This document shows positions 48,597 through 60,349 of a DNA stretch of 64,000 nt, in pieces. Where the stretch lies: positions 20,243,307 through 20,307,306 of the forward strand of contig NC_092353.1 of the NCBI RefSeq assembly GCF_963676685.1. The letters run 5' to 3'. Within the stretch, counting starts at the first letter, position 1. Each line of letters begins with the position of its first letter. A program made the translations under genes and the position numbers. Below the pieces are notes generated by a model. It saw only the letters and a program-made list of their open reading frames with translations, did no database searches and had not been told where the DNA came from. This stretch comes from Mytilus edulis. Lineage: Eukaryota.

Positions 48597-48999
48597 CTGC
48601 AACAAATATTTACATTTGAAGCGGATATATGTTGTAAAGCTCTTAGCATAATTTTAATATTATGTAATGAGCTGTTATAAATACTGTATAATAATGATAA
48701 TAAAAGTAAAAGTTTCTTTCTGTATTTCAAAGTACAGGTTTAATGAGAAATTGGTTTCTCCTTTTTATATTTGTTAACATTTTGTTATCTTATCTAACAT
48801 TATGTCTTTTTCTGTAACTACTGTGGAATAATTATCAATTGTGTGAAATATCAATTTTTATGGATTTCGTTGGTTTAGATAAACTACAATTTCAAATGTT
48901 CAATGAAAGTTAAATTCCTATTATGCAGACTTTACCAAAGCCACAAAATTAACAATTAGCAAAAATACAATTGGTCCTCAATCCATAAAAATTTGTTGA

Positions 49000-49690
49000 G
49001 TAATTGAGTATTGAGGTTGAGTAATATTGAGGTTGAGTAATTAAGTATTGAGGTTGAGTAATTGAGTATTGAGGTTGAGTAATTGAGTATTGAGGCTGAG
49101 TAATTGAGTATTGAGGCTGAGTAATTGAGTATTGAGGTTGAGTAATTGAGTATTGAGTTTGAGTAATATTGAGGTTGAGTAATTGAGTATTGAGGTTGAG
49201 TAATTAAGTATTGAGGCTGAGTAATTGAGTATTGAGGTTGAGTAATATTGAGGTTGAGTAATTGAGTATTGAGGTTGAGTAATTGAGTATTGAGGTTGAG
49301 TAATATTGAGGTTGAGTAATTGAGTATTGAGGTTGAGTAATTGAGTATTGAGGCTGAGTAATTGAGTATTGAAGTGGAGTAATTGAGTATTGAAGTGGAG
49401 TAATTGAGTATTGAAGTTGAGTAATTGAGTATTGAGGTTGAGTAATTGAGTATTGAGGTTGAGTAATTGAGTATTGAGGTTGAGTAATTGAGTATTGAGG
49501 TTGAGTAATATTGAGGTTGAGTAATTGAGTATTGAGGCTGAGTAATTGAGTATTGAGGTTGAGTAATTGAGTATTGAGGTTGAGTAATTGAGTATTGAGG
49601 CTGAGTAATTGAGTATTGAGGTTGAGTAATTGAGTATTGAGGCTGAGTAATTGAGTATTGAGGCTGAGTAATTGAGTATTGAGGCATATT
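49000..49690. repeat. 21-bp minisatellite (GAGTAATTGAGTATTGAGGTT)n, ~33 copies with 16-bp variants, in PARP4 intron
   Basis: Direct inspection. The ORFs 48956..49687 and 49204..49710 are artefacts of this array. Confidence 0.9.
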
Positions 49691-50077
49691 ATGTTATGTG
49701 TTCTACTCATTATATATAATTAACACGAAAATATCATCTAAGTGGTGAATATTCATGAGCTGGTTTTTTTTTAAATTGTTGCCTTCATGCATATCAAAAA
49801 CTTCTTTTATGTACTGTTGTCTATGGAAAGTAGTCCGAATTTAGTGTAATCTACATTTTCACGAAGCTAGTACACATTTGTGATAAGAGTACAGCAAAAG
49901 TCCCCTTTAGTTGCAAGAATTTCTAAACTTGCGGTGTTGAAGACCCATTGGTGGCCTTGGGCTGTTTTCTGCTCTTTGTTTGGGTTGTTGTCTCTTTGAC
50001 TAATTCCCCATTTACATTCTCAATTTTATTACATGCCTTTAAGAAAAACGCAAATTGATATTCTATTCTATTCTTAC

Positions 50078-50215
50078 CTAGATAATATTCCAACAAAGTT
50101 CTGAACTTTTGATGCATGAAACAACAACTTCTGAGGTCTCAAATCTTTTCTAAAATTGTCTTCTTCAACTTGTCGATGAACAGAAAATATATTTTCTACT
50201 ATAATCTGGTCATTT
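50078..50215 (-). CDS. PARP4: PARP4 exon 8 (NDQIIVENIFSVHRQVEEDNFRKDLRPQKLLFHASKVQNFVGILSR)
   Basis: Matches PARP4 VDVLQIFRVGRVNETTEFLSKLGNVRPLLHGSPVQNIVGILCRG. Acceptor ttttcag|AAATGACC. Donor TCTAG|gtaagaa. Confidence 0.75.
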
Positions 50216-50613
50216 CTGAAAATAATGTGGTTGTTAGTACATTGTACTACAAAATAAAAAGATGTATATTGTTTTCAAAAAATAATACTTTATCCAGTAG
50301 TACTAGTGCATGTAAGAAATAATGCAACTGTTTAAATTGTTAATGGTTTTATTATCTCCTCATTTACTTTTAAAATATGTCAATTTATATTTTATATAGT
50401 TGTCCTTAAGTGAAAAAGCCCTTAGCTAATATACATGTATCTGTATGCAGCTTTTTTCAGAAATTGCCATAATTAATCTCAAATCATGTTGAAATTACAA
50501 AAATAAACACATGAAGTAATTTCTGAATTTCAAGTTACTAATTCAATAAATTTTACATCTGAATAACTGAATCACAAATCATTCTGAGTAGTTATGTCCA
50601 GTATAATACAAAC

Positions 50614-50774
50614 TGTTTGAGAGACTGTATAATGTGTTCCTTGATCTGTTTATATTCTGTATCTGTAATCTCTAAACCATCAAGTCTACATCGTAATGCT
50701 TTATACTTGGCCTCGGTACTACTTCTGGTTGACCAGTTTGTAGACTCACTCACAGCTACCATATCTTTAATCAT
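50614..50774 (-). CDS. PARP4: PARP4 exon 7 (MIKDMVAVSESTNWSTRSSTEAKYKALRCRLDGLEITDTEYKQIKEHIIQSLKQ)
   Basis: Matches PARP4 LIRDMVNVCETNLSKPNPPSLAKYRALRCKIEHVEQNTEEFLRVRKEVLQNHH. Acceptor tatttcag|ATGATT. Weak donor CA|gtttgt, phase 2. Confidence 0.65.
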
Positions 50775-51177
50775 CTGAAATATGACAAATTAATTTAGAG
50801 TCAAGGCTAGCTATATGTTCAGAAGTTGAAATTTACATAGTCCTACCTTAGCAGTGAAAAATTTATCAGATTTACACCTACTTTTTTATATGACCGAATG
50901 AAAAAAATAAAGATATTTACTAGTCAGTTATCTGAAACATCTCAATTGCTTGATATCCCAATGCTGCTTTGACATATGTTAAATTATAGAGTGAAAAGTG
51001 TAAATCTTAAAACAAGTAATATGCAATAATATGGAATGTGCTTTGTGTGGCTATTTAACAACTATCCACAAGAGACCAAAGGACGAGAATGTAAACAACT
51101 AAAGTAAAATAAAATTAGAAAGGGTTACGCGAAACCAGTGTCTTGCCTACTTTTGCTGTTAGTCACAGGCACAACAA

Positions 51178-53850
51178 ACTAGAGGCTCTAAAGAGTCTGT
51201 GTCGCTCACCTTGGTCTATGTGAATATTAAACAAAGGAAGCAGATGGATTCATGACAAAATTGTGTTTTGGTGATTGTGATGTGTTTGTACATCTTACTT
51301 TACTGAACATTCTTGCTGCTTACAATTATCTCTATCTATAATCAACTTGGCCCAGTAGTTTCAGTGGAAAATGTTAGTTAAAATTTACAATTTTTATGAA
51401 AATTGTTAAAAATTGACTATAAAGGACAATAACTCCTTAGGGGTCAATTGACCATTTCCGTCATGTTGACTTATTTGTAAATCTTACTTTGCTTAACATT
51501 ATTGATGTTTACAGTTTATCTCTATCTATAATAATATTCAAGATAATAACCAAAAACAGCAAAATTTCCTTAAAATTACAAATTCAGGGGCAGCAACCCA
51601 ACAACGGGTGGTCAGATTCATCTGAAAATTTCAGGGCAGATGGATGTTGACCTGATAAACAATTTTACTTATGTCAGATTTGCTCTAAAGGCTGCGGTTT
51701 CAGAGTTATAAGCCAAAATCTACATTTCACTCCTATGTTCTATTTTTAGCCATGGTGGCCATCTTGGTTGGTTGGCCGGGTCACCGGACACCAATTTTTT
51801 AAACTAGATACCCCAATGATGATTGTGGCCAAGTTTGGTTTAATTTGGCCCAGTAGTTTCAGAGGAGAAGATTTTTGTAAAAGATAACTAAGATTTATGA
51901 AAAAATGGTTAAAAATTGACTATAAAGGGCAATAACTCCTAAAGGGATCAACAGACCTATTTGTAGATCTTACTTTGCTGAACATTTTTGCTGTTTACAG
52001 TTTATCTCTATCTATAATAATATTCAAGATAATAACCAAAAACAGCAAAATTTCCTTAAAATTACCAATTCAGGAGCAGCAACCTATCAATGGGTTGTCC
52101 AATTCATCTCAAAATTTCAGGGCAGATAGATCTTGACCTGATAAACAATTTTACCTCGATGTCAGATTTGCTCTAAATGCTTTGGTTTTTGAGTGATAAG
52201 CCAAAAACTGCATTTTACCCCTATGTTCTATTTCTAGCCATGGCGTCCATCTTGGTTGGTTGGCCGGGTCACAGGACACAATTTTTTAACTAGATACCCC
52301 AATGATGATTGGGCATAGGACATTTGAGCGAAAAAGAAAAAAGCACATAGGGTCATTTGAGCGCCGACTTCATAGGACATTTGAGCGCCGGGATATTAAC
52401 CTTACCTGAGTTTTCAGACAGGACATTTGAGCGAAATTTTCCCTGATAATTTTACACGAATTAAGATTTTTTTTTAAAAGTAAGAAAAAAAAGTAAGATT
52501 TAGTTATAAATATTTTTTATTTTATTTCACACCCGAGTAATTCGACCGGTTCTGGCTGGTTTATGTAAGTGAAATCCTAAGTTGATCTCTATTTACCAAT
52601 CAATTCTACTATAATTCATTGGCTATGCAAATTTTCTTTGTTCTAAAATTCTTATATATATATCTATTAAGTGAAATGTCCCTTGGCACTTGAAATCTTA
52701 ATACTAATAATACATGTACGTGTTAAAATGGATATTATTTTGACCGAGACTAATAAGGGAAAAAGAAGCCTTGTTTGTGACAGTTTCCGATATAGAGTGG
52801 ACAAAACACTAAAAGGAGAAGAAATATCCTGGAGATGTACAGTAAGTACCTTTTTTTACAAATTTAATGTTAATGTAAACTACTTGTTCGTCTGTTACGC
52901 TTCAACTTCCATAACTTCTTTTAATTTTGATTTATATCTATATCATTATATGTCTATCTTATACCTCCTTTAGATTAATTTTTTAACACATTTGAATATA
53001 AGCTACCACATATAGGGTTAGGTATCAAGGCTCCATGTTGAAGGTCGTACTGTAACCTATATAACATTGTTAGGTTGATTTTCTAGGCACTTTACAATAT
53101 TCATACAATACACTGTAAAAATTGTGCTTAAATGTCCTAAAATTTAGGCGCTCAAATGTCCTATACTTTGGCGCTCAAACGTCCTTTTTTTTTCGCTCAA
53201 ATGTCCTGTCAATGCGCTCAAATGTCCATTGCCGTGATGATTGTGGCCAAGTTTGGTTTAATTTGGCCCAGTAGTTTCAGAGGAGAAGATTTTTGTAAAA
53301 GATTACTAAGATTTACGAAAAATGGTTAAAAATTGACTATAAAGGGCAATAACTACTAAAGGGGTCAACAGACCATTTTGGTCCTGTTGACTTATTTGTA
53401 GATCTTACTTTACTGAACATTTTTGCTGTTACAGGTTATCTCTATCTATGATAATATTCAAGATAATAACCAAAAACAGCAAAATTTCCTTAAAATTACC
53501 AATTCAGGGGCAGCAACCTATCAACAGGTTGTCCGATTCATCTCAAAAATATAGGGCAGATAGATCTTGACCTGATTAACAATTTTACCCCATCTCAGAT
53601 TTACTCTAAATGCTTTGGTTTTTGAGTTATAAGCCAAAAACTGCATTTTACCCCTATGTTCTATTTTTAGCCATGGCGGCCATCTTGGTTGGTTGGCCGG
53701 GTCACCGGACACAATTTTTAAATTAGATACCCTAATAATGATTTTGGCCATGTTTAGTTAAATTTGGCCCAGCAGTTTCAGAGGAAAAGATTTTTGTAAA
53801 AGTTAACGACGACGGACGCCAAGTGATGAGAAAAGCTCACTTGGCCCTTC
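51178..53850. repeat. Family C satellite-carrying element, copy 4 (interrupted by MULE-like insertion 52313-53234). Terminal hairpin truncated.
   Basis: Same head (ACTAGAGGCTCTAAAGAGTCTGTGTCGCTCACC) and 3' GACGRC tract; hairpin partially degraded (gctcacttggcccttcgggcag). Confidence 0.75.
52313..53234. mobile_element. Mutator-like (MULE-type) non-autonomous TIR element. 9-bp TSD TGATGATTG, ~19-bp TIRs (GGCATAGGACATTTGAGCG / CGCTCAAATGTCCATTGCC), subterminal direct repeats of CATAGGACATTTGAGCGCCG. Carries a FLYWCH-type zinc-finger exon fragment (52740-52849, …ILTETNKGKRSLVCDSFRYRVDKTLKGEEISWRCT|gtaagt).
   Basis: Inserted into one unit of the 480-bp satellite. The target site tgatgattg appears intact on both flanks. 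Internal ORF shows the FLYWCH pattern (F/L..T.KGK..LV.DG/S.F.Y…K…..ISWRC) followed by a canonical gtaagt donor. Confidence 0.65.
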
Positions 53851-54326
53851 GGGCAGTTATTAAAATTTTAAAAACTTTAACCACAGCGTGAATATTTATG
53901 ATCACCGACAAAAATGATCTAAACCAAAACCATATTGTAAGCTATAGAAGAAAATGTCATAAAACAATAATGTGTCCATTGTACACTGATGCCCCACTCA
54001 CACTATCATTTTCTAAGTTCAGTGGACCTCGAAATTGGGGTAAAAACTCTAATTTGGCATTACAATTAGAAAAATCATATCATAGGGAACATGTGTACTA
54101 AGTTTCAAGTTGATAGGAATTCAACTTCATCAAAAACTACCTTGACCAAAAACTTTAACCTGAAGTTAACCTAAAGTAGGATAGACGGATGGACTGATGG
54201 ACAGACAGACCCACAGACCAAAAAACATAATGCCCCTAGGTGGGTCCGAAAAAAAATTGAAACAATTAAAAATAGCTACCTACCAATCCTTTTTTTATAG
54301 AAATTACTTTAAAGACAGTGTTTCTT

Positions 54327-54600
54327 TTATATTTATATTAACCAGTCAAATGAGACCATTACCTGACATATATCTTGTTTTAGAGAAAGCCAGGCTCTAA
54401 GTTATGTGTCTGATGGTTTTATATTTATATTAACCAGTCAAATGAGACCATTACCTGACATATATCTTGTTTTAGAGAAAGCCAGGCTCTAAGTTATGTG
54501 TCTGATGGTTTTATATTTATATTAACCAGTCACATGAGACCATTACCTGACATATATCTTGTTTTTGAGAAAGCCAGGCTCTAAGTTCTGTGTCTGATGG
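54327..54600. repeat. 93-bp ×3 tandem repeat duplicating the 3' end plus donor (TGTCAG|gtaatgg) of PARP4 exon 6
   Basis: Copies at 54541-54600 (real exon end), 54449-54513 and 54356-54420. Downstream copies carry an in-frame TAA. Confidence 0.8.
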
Positions 54601-54714
54601 TGTATGTTTTCTCCTATGAGGCAAACAACTGTAGAATTCATCGACTAGACCGGTTCTCTGTTGGTTGTCACTGCAATTTTTACATTTTAATAAAACAGCT
54701 TCTGCTTTCTCTAT
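54547..54714 (-). CDS. PARP4: PARP4 exon 6, helical/regulatory region (IEKAEAVLLKCKNCSDNQQRTGLVDEFYSCLPHRRKHTPSDTELRAWLSQKQDICQ)
   Basis: Matches PARP4 VSKAEGILLLVKAALKNGETAEQLQKMMTEFYRLIPHKGTMPKEVNLGLLAKKADLCQ. Acceptor ttttag|ATAGAG. Donor TGTCAG|gtaatgg. 168 nt in phase. Confidence 0.7.
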
Positions 54715-55282
54715 CTAAAATGGTAACAAAAACATGATTATTTTTTAATTTATTCATAAAATACATAGGGTTGTTGTTTCTTTGGCACATTCCCCATTTC
54801 CATTCTCAATTTTATATAGTATGAACAAATAAAATACAGAATGAAATGAAAAGTGTTGAATGGAAAATTTTAGCAGTTAAAGCAGTTGAATCCTTTTAAA
54901 ATTACATTTACACTGTGATAAGTTGAATGAAAAGGATAATATGACATTTTAGGAGATCTTGAACACTTTAATTTACAGAAATTGAGCAGTGAATAAATCT
55001 GCTTCAGTGTGTGAATTTATATTATTCATTTGATGGATCTGACATAATGATGGTTTAAATGAACCATTTTTTGTACATACATTAGGTCATTAGTTTTCTC
55101 GTTTGAATTGTTTTACATTTGTCATTTCAGGGCCTTTTTTAGCTGACTATACGGTGTGGGATTTTCTCATTGTTCAAGGCCAAACAGTAACCTATAGTTG
55201 TTAATTTCTGTGTCATTTAGTCACATGTGAGGAGTTGTCTTATTGGCATGCATACCACATCTTTTTTTATATATCTACTTAC

Positions 55283-55420
55283 CTGTTCTAGTTTGAGGCT
55301 CTGTAAGGGTGAACTGATAACTTCTTCTATTTCACCTGTAGCCTCTTTCCAGATATGTTCCATCAACTCTACGACAGAGGGAGATAAGGGACTAGTATCC
55401 ATTCCATATTCTTCTACCAT
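55283..55420 (-). CDS. PARP4: PARP4 exon 5 (MVEEYGMDTSPLSPSVVELMEHIWKEATGEIEEVISSPLQSLKLEQ)
   Basis: Matches PARP4 LSQEVSDLVEMIWAEALGHLEHMLLKPVNRISLND. Acceptor ttgtag|ATGGTAG. Donor GAACAG|gtaagt. Confidence 0.65.
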
Positions 55421-55939
55421 CTACAATTTTTGTTTACATTTAATGAAATCACACTTAGTTATCATGTCAAACTTTAAGTGTGCACCTTTAAAATCTTCCA
55501 TGAAATTCTTGGATATAAAAGGCATAAAATGAATAAAAAAAATTAATACTAATCTCAACTAAAATGAAACAGACTTAAAATAACTAAATCAGTAGATTTG
55601 TACATTCCCAAAGCAAATTGGGAAAAAGATATAAATAAATTAATTTACCTGAAACACAAAAATAACATTGGAAAGGCCATACTTCTAAAAACTCAATGCA
55701 TATGATTTAAGCTCTTCATTTATTAAGCATCATCCACAGATTTCAACGATTCTTCACACACATATTACTGTGTGAACATGCATCACTCTCTTTAGACTTA
55801 TCAAATTCTTATGGTCCTTCTCAAGAACTAATAGTTTAACCTCTTTGCATTTATGTACAAAATTACTTCAAATTTTACCTAATTACATGGTTTGACCATT
55901 AACTAATGATAAAATTATCTGTTTAACAAAATGATGTAC

Positions 55940-56092
55940 CTTTTGAAATTTTCTAGATCCAATATTTCTCATCAAAGGCTGATAAATAACATTCATAATA
56001 TGTGGAGGTCTTGACTGTTCATTATACAGATAAGCATATACATGGAGTGTGTCATCTGATGTGATGACATAGCGATATTCAACAACACTTTC
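55940..56092 (-). CDS. PARP4: PARP4 exon 4 (ESVVEYRYVITSDDTLHVYAYLYNEQSRPPHIMNVIYQPLMRNIGSRKFQK)
   Basis: Acceptor atttccag|GAAAGTG. Donor CAAAAG|gtacat. 153 nt in phase. Positional correspondence to PARP4 region after FEVAKYN. Confidence 0.55.
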
Positions 56093-58012
56093 CTGGAAAT
56101 AAATTTTTTTATTATAAGGTACAGTACTTTTTTTGCAACATTGATTAAAAGCTAAATAATAACATGCATAGAGTCATAATACCAATGTCTTTCTAGAGAG
56201 ATATGCTTTGTTATGCTTATAAAAATAAGAAGGTGTGGTATGATTGCCAATGAGACAACTCTCCACAAGAGAACAAATAAACAGAAAATAGCGAATTTGG
56301 TAACCACATAACTTACAACAATGAGTAAGTCCCATATTCCATAGTAAGCCTTTGTATGAGAATTCAGATTTTCTATACCGTTATATTAAACCAAAATACA
56401 ACATATGATGAGTAGGAATGCAGACTTTTAGCTTGACAGGGTGAGAAAAAGTCGTTCAATCACATTCTGTATGCCTGAATATAAGGCAATAAAAATCATG
56501 TTTGACAAGAAGCTAGTCCATAAACATTTTTACATGAAATCAAATGCCATGTCATATTAAAAGTGTTATAGTGAAAATTGTGTCTTGTTATGCCAGTAGT
56601 GAGTGCTGATACATGTAGGAGATGAAGACTAATCTCTCAGGATGATAAACTGAAATAAGGTACATAAAGCATGCCAATTTTATTGATATTTATGTCTGTC
56701 TTTAAAATGTTTACTTCATCTGTTGAATAAGTAATTAATTAATTTTCTGTCCAAATTCTTTCTAAAAAAATTATTACAGATTGTTTTAAAATGATTAATT
56801 TGTCCTAGTCCGAGACATTTCTAAAGACTCCAAAATCTCTTTCTTAAGGTGGTACCCAACACTTTCACTAAAATTAATTTGGCTCGTTTAATTTTCATAA
56901 AATTATGACAAAGTATTTACTTTGACCTTTTAACAAAAATTTAAAAATTTAAAAAGTTTTGAACCAACCATTTTATCAGAAAAATTACACTGGTTATATA
57001 GCAGTTTGACAGACACCAATTTTGATCATTGAGAAGCTTAATATTCCCTTTACAACACAACATAATTAAAACATTTGGCTGACTTTACAGAGTTATCTCC
57101 CTGTAGTGTTAGGTACCACCTTAAACTAGATTTAGCACAACCAAGTTGTATAAGTAAAAATTCATTCTTACTGGTGTTGTGATTCATTTTGAAACAGATG
57201 AGTGCTGTTGATTATACAAGAAGTGTATGATAACCTTCTGTGCAGCATTACCTTTAAGTTCTGTGTAGAACCATAGTGTGAATAGACCCTGAATCTATAA
57301 CAGTCTGATCTGTTCAAATCTACAGGCTCAGCTACATGTATCTCCAAATTATAAAACATTGTGGCTTCTCTTAATTTATCATATTTCTGAAATATATAAT
57401 TTTCAAAGAACCTTCATGTTACTTTTGATTATAAAACCATAAAGATTTTTATATGTACATGTTACTGTATCATAATCTTTCTGAAATAAGAAAAGCATAT
57501 TCTTTTTTCTTTTCTTTGAAATGATCACTCTAACTACAATGTATAATAACAATGAATCGTTCATGTCTATCAAAAAGTCAAATCTAAAAAATACTGAACT
57601 CCAAGGAAAATTTAAAACAGAAAGTCCCTTATAATCAAATGGCAAAATCAAAAGCTCAAACACATCAAATGAATGGATAGCAACTGTCATAATCATAAAT
57701 TGAAAAGAATGTTATGAAATATTCTATAATTCTTAAATGATTTTTAAAATCTCTTCCATCTTATCAGTAATTGACACTTAAAAAGAGATTGAAAAAAACA
57801 GGGTAAGGAAAAGGAAACTTTAAAAAAATAAACGCATAACAGTGATAACACCACTTATTTTGTAAAAAAAAAAAGCAGCATCAGAAAACAATTGAAAATA
57901 CCAAAAAATGAAATCCCCTTAAAATTGAAATACATCTTTCAGCACTCAATGCAAACATTAGGTATCATGTATAAATAAAACAAATTGTGATCGTTGATAA
58001 AAAATATATTAC

Positions 58013-58155
58013 CTGAAACATAGCAAATTTGGCAACTTCATATTTCACCTCATTGTAATCAGGTGAATTTTTATTACCAGGATGCCACACTTTAACACCT
58101 TTGGGATCAATTTTGATTTTCTTCTTCGTGACATCTTTTTTTTGATACTTGGTTG
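58013..58155 (-). CDS. PARP4: PARP4 exon 3 (STKYQKKDVTKKKIKIDPKGVKVWHPGNKNSPDYNEVKYEVAKFAMFQ)
   Basis: YEVAKF ~ PARP4 FEVAKYN. Acceptor tattgtag|CAACC. Donor TTTCAG|gtaatat. Phase 1 to 0. Confidence 0.6.
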
Positions 58156-59232
58156 CTACAATATTATAAAGTAACAGGGGACATGTAAACAAATTAATTT
58201 ATCAAACTGGACATACATATTACAACACTTATCTCCCCTTGAACCAAATTGTCTGCAAAATAAATTATAATGTAAAATTTAGTGCCCTTTTTATCAGATA
58301 CTGCTACATTCCTCTAGATATATAACCATACAATTCTTCCTATAATATCTGGAAACTTTAAACCTATGACAATGGAGATAAAACTTAATGGAGTCATTGA
58401 AGTATAAAATCTAGTCATTTATTTTCATGGAATCTGCTTTATTCTATAAGATGCGATTGTAGATAAAGTATTAAATGTATCTTCTTGATGTATTCTTTTA
58501 TAAAGGTACACGTTTTATTGTCACAAAAAGTGATAAAAAATATGCCAACCTAAGTTGAAAAGTAATAAGTAAAGGGAAATACCTAAAAAAGATTCTTTTT
58601 AAAAAAAATTGATCCAATTTAAAAATAAATAAATTGGGAATGTGTACATGGGACACAGATGATGCCCCCACTTGTATATCATATAAAGGGACATAACTGA
58701 AGAATGGCAAAAGTGATGTTTCCCAAATTTGTTATTGACATGAGTTTTGTAGTAATACATTTTGTGTATAAGTGTCATTACATTTGGTGGAGGCAAACTT
58801 AAGCTAGAGAACAGAAACGAAAAATTCAGCAATTTTTTGCCATTTGTAAAGAGGCATAACTCTAGAACTGTAAAAGTGACACCACCAAAATTCAGACTTG
58901 ATCTGTATTTTGTGGTAATAAGCATTGTGTATACGTTTTATACTATTTGGTTGAGGAAAACTAAAGTTAGAGAATGGAAATAAAAATTCAGCAATTATTC
59001 CATTTGTAAAGGGGCATAACTTTAGAACTGTTAAAGTGACACCACAAAAATTCAAACTTGATCTGTATTTGATAGTAACAAGCTTTGCGTATAAGTTTCA
59101 TAATGTTTGGTTGAGGCAAACTAAAGTTAGAGAATGGAAACCAACTTTGGGACCTACGGACAGACTGACATACAGACAGACAAGGGTAAAACTTAATGCC
59201 CCCTCCACTATGACAGGGGCATAAATTCTTAC

Positions 59233-59431
59233 ATAGTATTTTGCCACTGCTGAATTCTTGTGACTTTGTTTTTCCAACAAGGATGTAATTATCTGTATTG
59301 AGTAGTCTCCCCTGGTCTACACAGTCATGGATATAATCAAGTGACACCACTGGTAATCCATACTGTGTGGCCATCTTACATTTGTAACTGATATCTGCCT
59401 TTTCTGGGTCATTACATACAACATGTGTACT
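59233..59431 (-). CDS. PARP4: PARP4 exon 2: C-terminal half of BRCT (STHVVCNDPEKADISYKCKMATQYGLPVVSLDYIHDCVDQGRLLNTDNYILVGKTKSQEFSSGKIL)
   Basis: BRCT consensus (TH.V…G.P.V…W…C…LL.E..Y). Matches PARP4 CTHIILDNADVLSQYQLNSIQKNHVHIANPDFIWKSIREKRLLDVKNYDP. Acceptor tttatttacag|AGTACA. Donor ACTAT|gtaaga, phase 1. Confidence 0.75.
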
Positions 59432-60210
59432 CTGTAAATAAACCAGAAACATATAATAAACTAGACAACAAAGATGATAATGAGCCTTTGGGTAACCATT
59501 AGGGAGGTTTTGAAATTTGTGTGAAATGTTCAGGCTCTTTTGGTGTTTTTCCATACAAACAAGGTAAAACATTTTGCCCCATAACACCTATTTATCTTTT
59601 AACATAATTAGACTTAATTGCTCATAACAAGGTCAATCATTTGACAAAATTTAAGCAGATTCTGGATTTTCTTTCTTTTGATTTGAGACCTAAATAATAC
59701 CAATGCAAATATAATGTAAAAGTCAAAGTCAGCCTTTTTCCGTCATATTTCATAAGTCAAATATCACGAAAAAAGAGCTACATGACCTATCAATATGTTT
59801 TAGCTTATTTTGATCCTGAACTAATACTCTTCCAGCTTAAAGTATCAATTTTAAATTCTTGATTTATTTAATTTTACCTTATTAATTAGATTACCTAAGT
59901 ATATCCTTAACACATTATTCTTACTCGGAGTAGACCAGTCCTTGCTCTTGCTTTTTAAAGCGGTTGCATCACAGAAAAGCAGCAAATACCCAAAAATACC
60001 CTTCTGGCTTTCAAACCCACAATGGGGAATGTGTCAAAGAGACAACAGCCCTACCATAGAACAGACAACAGCAGAAGGTTACCATTAGGTCTTCAATGCA
60101 GCGAGAAATTCTCTTTCCTGGAGGCGTCCATCAGCAAACAAATATTTATACTAGTACAGTGGTAATGGATGTCAGTCTTCATTCAAAATTTATTATTGCA
60201 TTGTACATAC

Positions 60211-60348
60211 CTTCTTGGTGACAATGTAAGAAATAATTCCTCCATTTTCAGTGATCTTTTTTCTGATTTCTGTCTTTTTCTTAAAGTTGACACTGGTAGT
60301 CAAGTCCAGGACTATCTGACAATCACTAAATATAGACATCTTAGACAT
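60211..60348 (-). CDS. PARP4: PARP4 (vault PARP) coding exon 1: ATG plus N-terminal half of BRCT domain (MSKMSIFSDCQIVLDLTTSVNFKKKTEIRKKITENGGIISYIVTKK)
   Basis: Resembles human PARP4 N-terminus (MxxGIFANCIF…QQKKKLQTDIKENGGKFSFSL). ATG at 60346-60348 immediately follows an acceptor-like ttttcag, so a 5'UTR exon lies upstream. Donor AAGAAG|gtatgtac. Confidence 0.75.
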
Positions 60349-60349
60349 C

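Noticed and set aside
48956-49710. Two long minus-strand ORFs (243 aa and 168 aa) with repetitive PQYSITQ / LNYSTSI peptide repeats
   Set aside because: They are frame translations of the 21-bp minisatellite (GAGTAATTGAGTATTGAGGTT)n. The repeat creates stop-free frames by construction. They lie in a PARP4 intron.
58988-59587. 199-aa minus-strand ORF
   Set aside because: Only the central ~66 codons (59233-59431) form the genuine PARP4 BRCT exon, bounded by splice sites. The rest is read-through into intron and into a SINE-like element (58620-59225).
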